This document shows, piece after piece, positions 44,900-64,000 of a DNA stretch of 64,000 bases. The first letter of the stretch is position 1; each line of letters starts with the position of its first letter. A program made the position numbers and the translations under genes. The stretch lies in the NCBI RefSeq assembly GCF_009914755.1, contig NC_060929.1; one strand, written 5' to 3'. Below the pieces are notes generated by a model. The model did not search any database. It had not been told where the DNA came from and saw only the letters and a list, made by a program, of their open reading frames with translations. Source of the stretch: the human T2T-CHM13v2.0 reference genome, Homo sapiens.

Positions 44900-47651
44900 T
44901 TAACTTTGGAAAGTTTGGAAGGGGTGATTGTTCCACTCAATGGAAGGACATAAGAAACAGGAAAAAGCAAGGAAATGTAACTCTACTAAAGGAAAACTTT
45001 TTAGTAACAAACCCCAATAAAAGGAAAATTAATGGAGAACCAGAAAAGGAATTCAAAATTATGATCTTAAGGAAACTGAATGAGGTATAAAAAATACAGT
45101 TAGACAATTCAACAAAATCAGGAAAAAACATATGCATGAGAAATTCAACAAAAAGACAGATATAAAAAAGAAAAAAAACAAATCATGCAACTGAAGAATT
45201 CAATGAATGAAATAAAAAAACAACACAGAGCTTCAACAGCAGATTTGATCAAACAGAAGAATCTCTGAACTTGAAGGCAGGTCATTTGAAATTATTTGGT
45301 TAGAAAAAATAAGAATGGAAAATAGCTCTTAAAAGATTGTAAACTTATGAGACACCATTAAGTAGACAAATATTCATTATAGACATTCCAGAATGAAAAA
45401 AAATGGAAAAAATGCATAGAAAACCTATTTAATAAAATAATAGCTGAAAATTTCCCAAATCTGGGGACAGATATAAACATCCAGATCCAGGAAGTCCAAA
45501 GATCCCAAACTATATTTCAATCAGAAAGGTACTGTCCAAGGTAAAAAATAGTCAAAATATCAAAAGTCAAAGACAAAAAGAATTCTAAAACAAGAGAAAA
45601 GCACCAAGTCACATATAAAGGAATATTCATTAGACTCACATTAGGTTTCTCTTCAGAAACCTTACAGGTCAGGAGAGAATAAAATGATATATTCAAAGTA
45701 CTGAAAGAAGAAATTGACAGTCAAGAATACTATACTCAACAAAGCTATTTCTTAGACTGAGGGAGGAATAAAGCCATTCCCAGACAAGCAAAAGTATAAG
45801 GAAATCTATCACTAGACTGACTTTACAAAAAATGCTGAAAAGAGTCCTGCATCTGGAGACAAAAAGGTGATAATCACAATCATGAAAACATGCAAAAATA
45901 TATAACTCATTGATAGGGCAGATAAACAAAGAAGAAATAAAAAAAAGTTCATACCATTCAAATAATCTATAGATTCAATGTAGTGCCTATCAAAATGCCA
46001 ATAATATTCTTCACAGAAATAGAAAAAAAAAATCCTAAAATTTGTAGAGAACCACAGAAGACCCCAAATAAATCAAAGGATTGTGAGCAAAAAGAACAAA
46101 GCTGGAAGCATCACACTACCCAACTTCAAAATGTACTACAAATCTTTAGTAACCAAAACTGCATGGTACCAGCATAAAAACAGACACATAGACCAAAGGA
46201 ACAAAATAGACAACCTAGAAATCAATCCACATATTTACAGCCAACTCAATTTTGACACAGGCACAAAGAACATTCAGTGCAGAAAAGACAGTCTATTCAA
46301 TAAGTGATACTGGAAAAACTGGATATCCTTATGCAGAAAAACGAAACTAGACCTCTATCCTTCACCATATACAAAACTCAAATCAAAATGGTTTAATACT
46401 TAAATTCAAGACCTGAAGCTATGAAAGTACCAGAAGAAAACATGGGAAAACAATTCAGAACATTAATCTGCAAAAAGATTTCTTGTATAAGAGCTAAAAT
46501 GCACAGGTAACAAAATCAAACATAGACAAATGAGATTACATCAAGCTAAAAAGTTTCTGTACAGCAAAGGGTGCAATCAACAGAGTGAAGAGACAACATA
46601 CAAAATGGAAGAAAACACTTGCAAACTATCCTTCCAACAAGAGGTTCATGACTATAATATATTAGCAATTCAAATAACTCAATATCAAAAGAACAAATAA
46701 TCCAATTTAAAAATGGGTAAAAGACTTAGAGATTTTTCAAAAGCAGACATAAAACGACCAACAAACATATGGAAAAAATGCTCAACATCACTAATCATCA
46801 GAGAAATGCAAATCAAAACCACAATGAGTTATCACTTCACTCCAGTTAGAATGACTATTATCAAAAAGCCAAAAAAAAAAAAAAAAAAGCTAGCAAGGAT
46901 TTAGAGAGAGGGGAACTCTTATGCACTGCTGGTAGAAATGTAAATTAGTACAGCCACTATGGAAAACAACATAGAGGTTCCTCAAAAAACTAAAAATATA
47001 TCTACTATATGATCCAGCAATCCCACTGCTGGAATATATCCAAAATAAAGAACATTGGTATGTTGAAGAGATATCTGCATGTCCATATTTATTGCAGCAC
47101 TATTCACAATAACCAAGACATAAAATAACCTCAGTGTCTATCAATCTATGAATATGGAATATATACATGATAAAATATTTTTAAATGATAAAAAGAATGA
47201 AATTCTGTCACAGCAAAATGAATGGAACTGGAAATTATTATTTTAAGTGAAATGTGCCAAGGAAAGAAAGAAAAATATTTCATGTTCTCATTCATATATG
47301 GGAGCTAAAAAAGTTGATCTCATGGAGGTAGAGAGTAGAATGATAGTTACCAGAGGCTGGGAAGGCTCGTGGAAGGGGTAAAGAGAGGCTGGTTAATGGG
47401 TTAAAAACACAGTTAGATAGAAAAAAGAAGTTCTAGTTATCAATAGCACAGCAAGGTGACTATAGGTAATAATAATTTACTGTATATTTCAAAGTAGCTA
47501 GAACAGAATATTTGCAATGTTCCCAATACAAAGAAATGATAAATGCTTGAGGTTATAAATATCTTAATTATCTTTGATTACTACACATTGCATGTATCAA
47601 AATTATCACATGTACCCCATAAATATGTACAATTATTATGTGTCATTTTTT
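44900..47651 (+). mobile_element. L1MA (L1MA5-7-like) with ORF1, a large ORF2 deletion and 3'UTR, inserted in the MST internal region
   Basis: ORF1-like 44950-45880. ORF2 C-terminal ORFs at 46083-46307 ([15 protein letters not shown]) and 46713-46904. Flanks aagactttgggg/aaaccttgggg. Confidence 0.85.
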
Positions 47652-50029
47652 AAAACCTTGGGGCTATAAGAATAGAATTAATGTATTTGTGAGAAGAACA
47701 TACGTTTTGGAGAGCCAGGGGGAGAATTACATAGATTTAATAGTTGTTCCTTCTGAAACCCATGTTGAAATGTAATCCCCAGTGTGGCAGTTTAGGGAGG
47801 TGGGACCTTTAAGAGGTGATTGGATTGACAGGGCTTTTCTCTGATGAATGGATTAATCTACTCATCGCTTAACTGATTGATGGGTTAAAAGATTAATGGG
47901 TAAGCATGGGAGTGGAACTGGGGGCTTTATAAGAAGAAGAGGAGCCTGAGATAGCAAGCTCAGCCCATTGCCCTGTGATCCCCTGCAGCACCTCAGGACT
48001 GCAGTGTCCTCACGGATGAGAAGACTCACGTAAGAATCAATCTCTCACCCCTGGACTTCCCAGCCTCCAGAACTGTAAGAAATGTGTTTTGTTGTTATTG
48101 TTGTTGTTGTTATTGTTTTACTAAATTACCCAGTTTCAGGTATCCTGCTACGAGCAACAGATATCTGACTAAGACAGAAACTAAGACAAGAACTTTCTTC
48201 ATACTTATTTTTTAGGTGGCCTGGAGAGTCAGATTTTATTTAAAAAGAGAAAATAATGGAGTTTTGAACCACATTTCCTTGATTCTAAAATACAATCTGT
48301 CAATTTTAATGTTTCTAAAATCAGGATACCTCTTTCATTGGGCATGTACCTTTGATATAGAAACTTTTCTTCTGAAGATATTATTAAATAGATAATATAT
48401 CTTAAAATTTATTGTACCTTATAATTGAGTATAACAGTATGAAAAAATGATATGGGAATATTTGTGGTGATTTGTGAATACGCAGGACAGTTCATGGTAA
48501 GATTGATGAGCATACACTGTGGCTTCATTCCCACCTCCACCCTTTAAATACAAGCCTTCAAATAAGGAATTCCTGACAATACCTCCACACAGCCATGTGT
48601 TTATGATGAGATCCATCTCACACGTGAAGGATGGTGCATAAAAATATAAAATGATTTGAGCAATGCCAAGTATTGAAAAGCCAGAAGTATAACGTAGTGT
48701 TCTGACTTCATCTTACAGTAAGTAATTACCTTTTCCACCCCTACCTCCCATTTGTGTAATCAATTATCAACCTACCTTATGGCAAACAATGTAAAACATT
48801 TTCCCTCTTGTTTCAGTAAAGATAGAAATTCATGGAAGCAAATTTCAGGTCAACTGCTTGTATCATATTAGGAAACAGAATGCTGTTTTAAAAAAGGAGC
48901 ATAATTCAGAGAGAAAAAGCAAGTATCACGATGGAAGGATTTGGGTTTTAACCCTGGCTTCTTCACCTGGGTTTATATAAGTGATTTAATTTTTCCTCGA
49001 ATTCTTTTGACTGTCCCCAGCTAATAACATCCGAAAGAGAATAATAAAATACTGACTCACTTCCCAGAGATATTTTAACCAGAGATGAGTAATATTTTCA
49101 AAGGTTTTTCACTGCTACTCTTAAAGCGTATTTCAAAATCAAAATAGCATAATTTTCTTCAAGCTCTTGCTTCTACAAAAGCATAATGCTCTTGTGTTTA
49201 ATAGCTTAATCAGAGACAAAACTAAATTTGAGAAGATGGGGAAAGAAGAATAGAGTATGTAGTAAAGAAAATAGCTGCAGAAGCCAGATTTGTAAGCTCA
49301 AATAAATAATCTATTGTCAACCATGAGCTACTTCAAGCAGTAAGCTTCCCTTCAAATATAAAACTTCTTAACTACCCCTCACAGTGCACCTGGAATGTCA
49401 GTGATGGTAGAGTTCACAGATTCAAAGCTTAGTAGCTGCCTAGATCTGAAAAACAAGGCTTTCATCTTTAAGAATGTTCCAATAATTGTTTTTGAGAAGC
49501 TCAGAGTGAAGGGCAAATAGCTACAAACAACGGGCAGTTACCTTGTGATCACATTGAAGCCATTAACGTAAATAAATATTCTTTCCCTGAGGAAACACGT
49601 GGAGAACAATCATGATTGGGTTGTCTTCATAAAGGGAAAAAGCCCTAATTGTAAATCGAGTAGCTATCAGTAGATCAATATCAGATTCAATCATGGAAAC
49701 ACTTCTGAATTCAAGTGGAAGTAACCTTGACAAAAATCAAGCCTATTTGATGTGAAGGGAAAAATTTGAAAGCTCACAGCACACATAAATGCTCTTTCTT
49801 CTTAATTACCAGTGTTTCCAGAAGTACATTTGGTCTAGTTAGCATAACTTACCTGGAATTGCTAAACTACCCTACTGGATACATGTCAGCTTCCCAGAAG
49901 AGTCCCTACCTGATAATATGATATGATATAAAATTAAAGTTTATTGTTTGAGGCAGCTTTATGGTTTTCCAGTAGTACTTCCCTCATCAACCAGAGGAAA
50001 CGCTCCTTGAAGTAATATTGCTGGAGACT

Positions 50030-50378
50030 TCCTCTGCATAACAAGAATCTTGGCTTCCACCAAGTCCCCTTATCTTAACCTAAGCACTTCTTTCTGCTGA
50101 TTTCAACTCTTTAGGCAAAACTTAACTCTTTCAACCAATTGCCAGTCAGGAAATCTTTGAATCCATCTGTGACCTGAAAGGCCCCACTTCATCCCACCTT
50201 TCCAGACTGAACCAATGTACACCTTACATGAATTGATGATGTCTGCCTGTAACTTCTGCCCCCTCTAAAATGTATAAAATCAAGCTGTGACCCAACCACC
50301 TTGGGCGCTTGTTCTCAGGGCCTCCTGAGGCTGTGTTATGGGCATGTATATAACCTTGGTAAAATAAACTTCAAATTT
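50030..50378 (+). mobile_element. MER4-group ERV1 LTR fragment (MER34/MER39-like)
   Basis: 'aactctttcaaccaattgccagtcaggaaatctttgaatcca', 'aaaatgtataaaatcaagctgtgacccaaccaccttggg', 'aaaataaac'. Confidence 0.7.
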
Positions 50379-50434
50379 GGGGAAAAAAAGTGTCTACAGA
50401 AGTAAAAAAGTCTGCCTGCTCTATCTCAAATGTA

Positions 50435-50487
50435 TCTCTCTCTCTCTCCCTCTCTCTTTCTCTCTCTCTCTCTCTCACACACACACA
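50435..50487. repeat. (CT)n(CA)n compound microsatellite
   Basis: Read directly from the sequence. Confidence 0.92.
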
Positions 50488-53107
50488 TTCATGCCTTCTC
50501 ACACTTGATGATTAACAAAGATTGATAGACTCAATCAATAGTACTATTTCCCTAATAAATATAGGAGATTTTTTTCTCTATTTTATCACAAAATAACTCA
50601 AAAAATAGTGAAAAAAAATTATGAAAGGAATGAAGATGTTACACTAGAAACCACTTAATGCAAAAGAAAGTGGTAAAGCAGAAAAACAGGAACATAAAAG
50701 ACATGAGACAAAGAAAATGAAGCATAAAATAGCAAATGTAAACCCAGTTATATGAACAATTGAATGAAATGTGAATGAATTAAAGAACTCAAAATCAGAG
50801 ATTATTAGACTATATAAAAACAAGATCCAACTACATGCTATCTACAGAAGAACCTTGTCTAGGTTCAAAGACAAAATGTTAGAAGTAAAAGGATGTAAAA
50901 TATATATATTGTGCAAACAGCAAACACAAGAAAGCTGGAGTAGTTACACTAATATTATTCCAAACAGACTTTAGAACAAAAATTAATTACTCAAAATAAA
51001 GATAGACATTTTATAATAATAAAATGGTCCATCCAGGAGAAAGTTATGAAATTGATAAACATACAGACATTTAACAACAGAGCTTCAAATTATATAAAGC
51101 AAAAGCTGATAAAATCAAGGAGAAATTAGGTGATTCAACAATAATAGCTATTTCTTTCTAGAAAAGTAGAAAAACTAGAGAGAAGATTTTAAAATAAATG
51201 GAAAATTTGAACATTATAAGAAACTAGACCTAACAAACATCTATAGAATGCTGTAAAGAACAGCAGCAGAATACACATTTTTTCTAAGCACACACAGAAA
51301 TTTCTTCAGAATTCACCGTATGTTAGATGATAAAGCAAGTCTTGATAAACTTAAATGACTGAAATTATGCAAAATGCACACACCAACCATAATAGCATGT
51401 GATTAGAAACCAATAGCAAAAAGAAATTTGGAAAACTTGTGAATATGAGGAAATTAACATCTTTCTGAATAGTCAGTGGCTCAAAGTTAAAAATCACAAT
51501 AGAAATTTTAAAATCTTTGAGATGAATGAAAATAAAAGCATGACATCAAAATTTATGGGACACTGCTAACGCAGGACTTAGAGAAAAATTTATAGATGGA
51601 AATGCCTATATTTAAAAAGTGGGACAATCTCAAAATCAGTAACCAAACCTTCACCTTAAAGCACTGAAAACAGAACAAGTCGAGCCCATTTAAGCAGAAG
51701 GAAGAAAATAATAAACTTTTGACTGGAAATTAAGGGGAACAGAAAAGCAAAAGAGAAAATAAATAAAACCAAAAATTTGTCCTCTGAAAGGATTAGAAAA
51801 TATTGACAAACTTTTAGCTATACTGACTAAGAAAAAATAAGAGAAGACCCAAACTACTAAAATAAAAAATGAAAGAGGAAACATCATTGTCAACCTCACA
51901 AAATTTAAAAGAATTATAAAGAAATACTCTCAACTAATGACAACAAATTAAATAATTTAAGTCAAATGGACACAATTTTAGAAGTAAAACTGTCTCAGGA
52001 AAAAAAGAATTCTGAATGGACCTATAAAAAGTAAGGAAATTACATTAATAATTTTAAAACTTCCATAATGAAAACCTAAACACATATGGATTCACAGTTG
52101 AATTCTACTATTTAAAGAAGAATTAATATCAATTTTTTACAAATTGTTACAAAAAGGGAAAGGAAATATTTCCCAAATAATACTATATGTCCAGTGTTAT
52201 CCTAATAACAAAACCAGACAAAAACATTACAAGAAAAGAAAAACACAGATCAATATATCCTATGTATATAAACTCAGAAATCTTCAACAAAATGCTGTCA
52301 TATCAAATCCAGCAACATATAAAAAGGATTATACACCATGATCAAGAGAATTTATCCCCAGAATGAAAGATTAGTTTAACATACTTCTTATCAATAAAAT
52401 AAAGAACAAACTTACATGACCATCTTAGTAAATGCAGAAAAAGCATTTGACAAAATTTAACCTACTTTCCCTTTTAAAAAACTCAACACACTGAATAGAA
52501 GAAACCTCATCAACCTCCTAAAAGGCATCTATGAAGAAAACACACACACACACACAGTACTGGAGGCTTTAACTAGGGAAAATAGGCAAGCAAAAGAAAT
52601 AAAAGGCATTTAAATTGGAAAGGAAGAAGTAAATCTCTGCAGATGGAATGGTCTTACATGTAGAAAATCCTAAGAAATCCATTAAAGAACTATTGTAGCT
52701 AATGCATAAGCTGATAACTCTCCATGGTATGAGATCAAGATACAAAAATCAAAGTATTTCTATACATTAACAATGAACAATCAAAAATGAAGTTAACCAT
52801 TCCAATTACAATAATAATAAACATAATACAATATTTAGGATAAACTTTAAAAAAGTTTAAAACTTATACTCTGAAAATCCCAAAACACTATTGAAAGAAA
52901 AATTTTAAAGATCTAAATAAATGTGAAAGATCTAAATAAATGAATGGAAAGGCTTAACAATCTTTGAGATGGTAATGCTTCCCAAAATGTTCTACAAAAT
53001 AAATGCAATCTCAGTCAAAATCTCAGCTGATATTTTGCAGAAATGTATAAGCATGTAATCAAATTCATATGCAAATTCAAGGAATCCAGTATAGCCAAGA
53101 CAATTTT

Positions 53108-59287
<6,180 letters not shown>

Positions 59288-59879
59288 ATTCTAAAATTCA
59301 GCAGCATAATTTCTAATAGCCAAAATTTGGAAACAACACAAACATCCATGAAGTGACCAACGAATAAACAAAGTGTGGTCTCTTAGTAAAATGGGATATT
59401 ATTTGGCGATAAAAAGCAACAAATATACTGACACATGCTACAACACCAATAAACCTTAAAGTATTATGCTAAGTAAAAGAAGCAGACACAAAAAGCCATG
59501 TATTTTATTACTCTGCCTGAAATGTCCAGAATAGGAAAATTTGTTGGACACAAAAAGTAGAGAAGTTGTCTAGGGCTTGGGACAAAATGGGGTATGACTG
59601 CTAATTGGTATGGGCTTTGTTTGGGGGCAGATCAAAGTGTATGAAAATAGCTTGTGGTGATGATTTCACAACTCTGCTAACTTACTAAAAACTAGTGAGT
59701 TGTACATTTTAAATGACAATTATATTGTATGTGAATTATATCTCCATAAAGCTATGAGAGAAAGAGCTTTCAATGGCTTCTGTACCATGTCCAAATTGTT
59801 CTGCCAGTCTTTGAAACCCCTCCATACCACAGAATCAGATTTCATACTATGCCTTTCACCTTTCAAAATTATTTCCAAC

Positions 59880-60409
59880 TGTATCAGTTTTCTATGACTG
59901 TGTGACAACCCACCCCCAAATTCAGCAACTTAAAACAATAAACATGTATTAATATTATCACACGAATTCTGTAGGTCAGAAATCTGAGAGTGGCTTAGCT
60001 GGGTCCTCTGGCTCAGGCACTTGATGTCTGCCAAGGCTGTAGTCATCTCAAGGCTTGACTCAGGCAATAAGTTCCAACTTCCAAGCTCACTCATGTGGCT
60101 GTTTCAACCCCTCAGATTCTAGCTGCTTGTTGGCTGAAGACATCAGTTCCTTGATACACGGCAGCTCATCACACATCAGCTAGCTTCCCTCAGAGAAAGC
60201 AATGGTGAAACAGAGTGAGTAAGATGGAAGTCAGAGTCTTTTGTAAGCTAATCTTGGAAATGGCATTTCATGGCATTTGCTGTGTTCTTTTCCTTAGAAG
60301 CTAGTCATTAGATCTGGACCACACACAGGAAGAGGCCATTGCACGACAGCATAAATACCATGAGGAGGGAGACAGATGGGGGCCATCACAGAAACTGCCT
60401 ATCACCACA
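59880..60409 (-). mobile_element. MaLR solo LTR, MLT1F/G/H-like
   Basis: 'tgtatcagttttctatgactgtgtgacaacc...acttaaaacaata...tggcttagctggg...gggggccatc...ctgcctatcaccaca'. Confidence 0.8.
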
Positions 60410-60419
60410 CTGAACACCA

Positions 60420-60980
60420 TCTGATCCAACCAGTCTGGTTCCCTCTCCATCTCACAAGCACATTTCTTGACCCTGTCGTAACTCTTAACTCACTTTATTC
60501 CTGGGCCTCTCTCCTTTACCGATCTGAAGTCAGACTCTCATTCAAGATGAGCTCAAATTCCATGTATTCCATGAAACTTGCCCCTGATTATACTTTATTC
60601 CTCTGAACTCCTTATGTTTCATAATTATACTACATAATTTACCCCTTAATTATCTCCTGCCTTGCCTTATTACGCAAAGTATGTCTCCCTTAACTGCATA
60701 TGCTTCAACTGAGAGTTTGTAAGAAACACAGAATCTCCAGCTCCTAAACCAGAATCTGTGTTTTAACAAGACATGCAGGTGATTTTCATGCCCATGAAGG
60801 CATGGGAAGCACCACTGAATTGTACCATTCTCTATTGTTTCACCTGTGTAAGTCCCATATCCTTGACTAGGCTTGCGTGTATTTGGAGAACTGGTACCAT
60901 TTTCTATATTTGTTCTGCTCTTAAACACACACACCCAAGCTTAGAATATAGGTTAGTGCTGACCACACAGTAGATCACAA
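60420..60980. mobile_element. L2 relic interrupted by MER5A-like hAT element (~60685-60816)
   Basis: MER5 motifs 'cagaatctgtgttttaacaag...aggtgattttcatgc...agcaccactg'. L2-like flanks include 'tcattcaagatgagctcaaat' and 'agtgctgaccacacagtaga'. Confidence 0.6.
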
Positions 60981-61049
60981 ATTCAAGCTACTAGAGAAGA
61001 AACACCTCTATGAACTGGCCAAATTCAGTAACAGGAATATAAAGATAAA

Positions 61050-61140
61050 TCAAATCCCAGCTCTGCTACTCAACAGATAGTGTGACTTTGGGCAAGTCAT
61101 TTAATTACTCTACATTTCCAATTCTCTATCTGAATTTAAA
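61050..61140 (+). mobile_element. MIR core relic
   Basis: 'caaatcccagctctgctact...tgtgactttgggcaagtcatttaa'. Confidence 0.7.
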
Positions 61141-62779
61141 GGGGACTATCATGGAAGCTCCAATTTTCATTTTATTTCTGAATATCTACTAATCCACAAT
61201 AACATTAGAATCAATATAGTTTGATATTGCTTAATAAATAAGAAAACATTCTGGAACCTTTTAGTGCCTAAATGTCATCAACATGAACATCAGTAATAAC
61301 TGCATTGTAGATGTGAGAAAATGTTGCTTAGTCCAGGATTGTTTAGCAAAAAAACATAGAATTCTATATCCTGCATTTGATTTCCCTTATAATTTAGGCC
61401 ATGTTGAATGTAAGTAAATTGTTAAAGAAGTTTAAAACAAATTTTTGCTGGATAACAACAAGAGTATGGCTAGAACAGGTGAAATCTCCCCTTTGCCACA
61501 CTTTGGGAGTCACCCCTATGCTCCTCAGCTCTGCCTTGGAAAAGGAGCTTCTGGCTCTGTAAGAGTCAGATTAGAAACAAAGACTTTGCCTTCAAAAGAA
61601 AACTATGAATTTCCACCTGAGGTTCACCACCTTCTCCTGTAAAAGGAGGAGCTGGATTTGTTATACAGAGCAGCAGAACTAGGCTGAGTGAATAAAGAAA
61701 TGGACATATACACAGGTGGTGCTTTTTGTTGTTGTTTTTAAGGTACTCAGTTTAATTTCTTCTTCTGCCTGTAAGGTCCAATCCCACCCACAGAGTTTAA
61801 ATTGGCACTTCCCCTGAGGACCTGGACTCCAATTACATCTTATATTTTGATCTCTAAATCTCTTCAAGTTCAAGGACTTCACCTCCTCTCCAGGAATAAA
61901 GGGCTGTACTTCCCAGTCACCTCCCTCCCCGTCATGTTGTCCTTGCTTCAGCCTTCAGTCCTCTCTTCTGCAGCAAAGAATCCTAATTCCCTACCAGAAT
62001 TCTTAAACATCAGTTTACTTTACACATTTCTTTTTTGGCTTCTTTACTGTTAGAACAAGCCCTGAGTGTGTAAAACTGTTCTCACTGTGATGACAAGGCT
62101 GTACTGAACAATTGGGGGCAAGAGAGCTGTGGTTCCAGCTGAGGGGGCTAAGTTATGGGACCATGCATGCCTCCACACTTATTTCTCTAAAATTCATCAT
62201 AGCTCTGAACTTCATGCAGAACTCCTAGAAAAAAAAACACAGTCCAGCTACCTACTTTTAAATTTATGGACGAATGATGGTGGTGATGATGATGATAACA
62301 ATAATAACACTAGTGCTGTTAGCCGCCTCTGAACAGAAGCATATTTTTGGTTTCTGTCCTCAGGCTCCAAAGTGGTTCACATGATGCAAACTGGCCGTGT
62401 AGTCAGCGTTTTGGCATTTTCATTTGATTTCTCTGCCCACTCTCCCCTGTTGGCACTGGCTGCACTTTGAAATGAATTTCTGTTCCTGTGCAAACAGGAC
62501 CGCAAGAACAGTTACCAGACTTTGAGATCACTCAGGGCATGCAGGTTTCCAGAGATCATTATCCTAGAAGCACAATTCAAGAATAAATATGGGAGCTCAA
62601 AATCCACCTAAAGAAGAGAGAACTCTTGTACCCCTCTGGCAGATAATTTCTGCCCACAGCCAAATAATACTTTGGTAAAGTCATCCTGAAACTATTTCTT
62701 CTATCCGGCCAAACTCGGGCACTTGGACAGAAGCACCAGAGACATCACAGAGAAAAGAGATGCAATGGGAATAACACAG

Positions 62780-63096
62780 GACCAAGGACAGGGACCCGGG
62801 TTCTGGTCCCAGTTCCACCACTAACTTTAACACTGAGTGAGCCACTTCTCCCAAGTGCTTAGCTTTCTCTGTGAAAGATAATAGTTAGATACTACAGTTT
62901 CCAACTTGAACTTACCTAATCATCAGTATCTTGTAGGACATTTATTTTAAATACAGATTTTCAGACTGCTCCCTGCAGATGCTGGTTCAGTATGTTTAGC
63001 AGTTACTGAATACTAAGTTTAGTTAGTATTCAGGAGTTTGCATTTTAACAAGTGACCCAGGAAAGTCTTCACATAAGCAAGTTTAGGAAACACGGG
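62780..63096. mobile_element. MIR relic (~62780-62893) followed by a MER5B-like hAT element (~62895-63096)
   Basis: 'gggttctggtcccagttccaccactaac' (MIR); 'taaatacagatt...gcattttaacaagtgacccagg...gcaagtttaggaaacac' (MER5B). Confidence 0.65.
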
Positions 63097-63211
63097 CCAC
63101 ATGACATCAGAAAGCTCTTCCGGGTCTGCAGTTCTGCAGAATCAAGTTAATTAATGGCCACGATTAAGCTTCTACTCCCTACAAAGCTCTGCTAGATCCT
63201 AAAAATGATAG

Positions 63212-63455
63212 GAATGATAGCTAACATTTATGTAGTACTAGTCACTATTTTAAAGGCTTTGCATATATGAACTATTTTAATCTTCACAACAACCTTCTGA
63301 ACCAGATACTATTATTATCCCTATTATAAGACACAGAAACAGATGCACAGAGATTAAGTGATTTTTCAAAGATGACTTGGCCACTAAGGAGGTAGGATTG
63401 GGATTCAAGCCAAGGCACCCCAGTTATAGAGCCTAGCCTCTCGACTGCTCTGCCC
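63212..63455 (-). mobile_element. MIR, near full-length
   Basis: 'atagctaacatttat...ttaatcttcacaacaacc...attattatccc...gcacagagattaagtgattt...gggattcaagccaaggca'. Confidence 0.8.
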
Positions 63456-63564
63456 TGCCAAGCTTCAGCCTTCCTGTAGATGCTGAACAGCTCAGAACTC
63501 CTCAGCATCAGGCACTTGGTGGACAATAAGAAAAGCCCTCTAATAACTAATAACAGTACCTTAA

Positions 63565-63953
63565 GGTTATAGTCTGAATGTGTCCCCCAAAGTTGATGTG
63601 TTGGAAATGTAATGCCCAATGTAACAGTGTGGAGAAGCGGGACTCTAAGAGGTGACTAAGTCATGGTGACTCTGCCCTCATAAGTAGATTAATGCCATTA
63701 TCACAAGAGTTGGTTAGTTATTGCTGGAGTGGGTTCCTGATAAAGAGGATGTGTCCACCCACTCTGCCACCCTTTGTGTGCTCTCTCACCCAACCCTTCT
63801 GCCATGAGATGATGCAGCAAGAAGGCCTTCACCAGATATGGGCCCCTTGACTTTAGACTTCCCAGCCTCCAGAACTGTAAGAAACAAATCTCTGTTCTTT
63901 ATAAATTATCTAGTCTCAGGCATTCTGTTATAGGAACAGAAAGGTCTAAGACA
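63565..63953 (+). mobile_element. MSTD-like MaLR solo LTR
   Basis: 'tatagtctgaatgtgtcccccaaag'...'gattaatgccattatc'...'ggtctaagaca'. Perfect 5-bp TSD cttaa (63560-63564, 63954-63958). Confidence 0.88.
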
Positions 63954-64000
63954 CTTAACAACCATCTACATCAACTAGATCAGTCTCAGGAGCCAGGGTG

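Overview
This is primate (most likely human or ape) genomic DNA that is AT-rich and dominated by transposable elements. I see no supportable protein-coding, RNA-gene or CRISPR feature. Roughly 43% is LINE-1 by my coordinate tally: three ~6.1-6.4 kb full-length but decayed L1PA elements, all on the minus strand, plus a short L1PA fragment and four older L1M elements. Other content is Alu (J, S, Y), solo LTRs (MLT1, MER4-group, MER9, LTR12C, THE1, MSTD), one MST provirus, hAT/Tigger DNA-transposon relics, MIR/L2 relics and microsatellites. Many insertions are nested and their target-site duplications (TSDs) can be read directly. The most notable items are: a chimeric L1 (L1PA6-type body, L1PA2/3-type 3' end) with no TSD and about 1 kb missing from its host L1; a CpG-rich LTR12C inside an Alu inside MER33; a four-element MST nest; and ORF0-like antisense frames in two L1 5'UTRs. 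I found no evidence of a new biological system. Subfamily names come from recalled consensus sequences and need RepeatMasker/Dfam confirmation, and boundaries of the ancient repeats are approximate.
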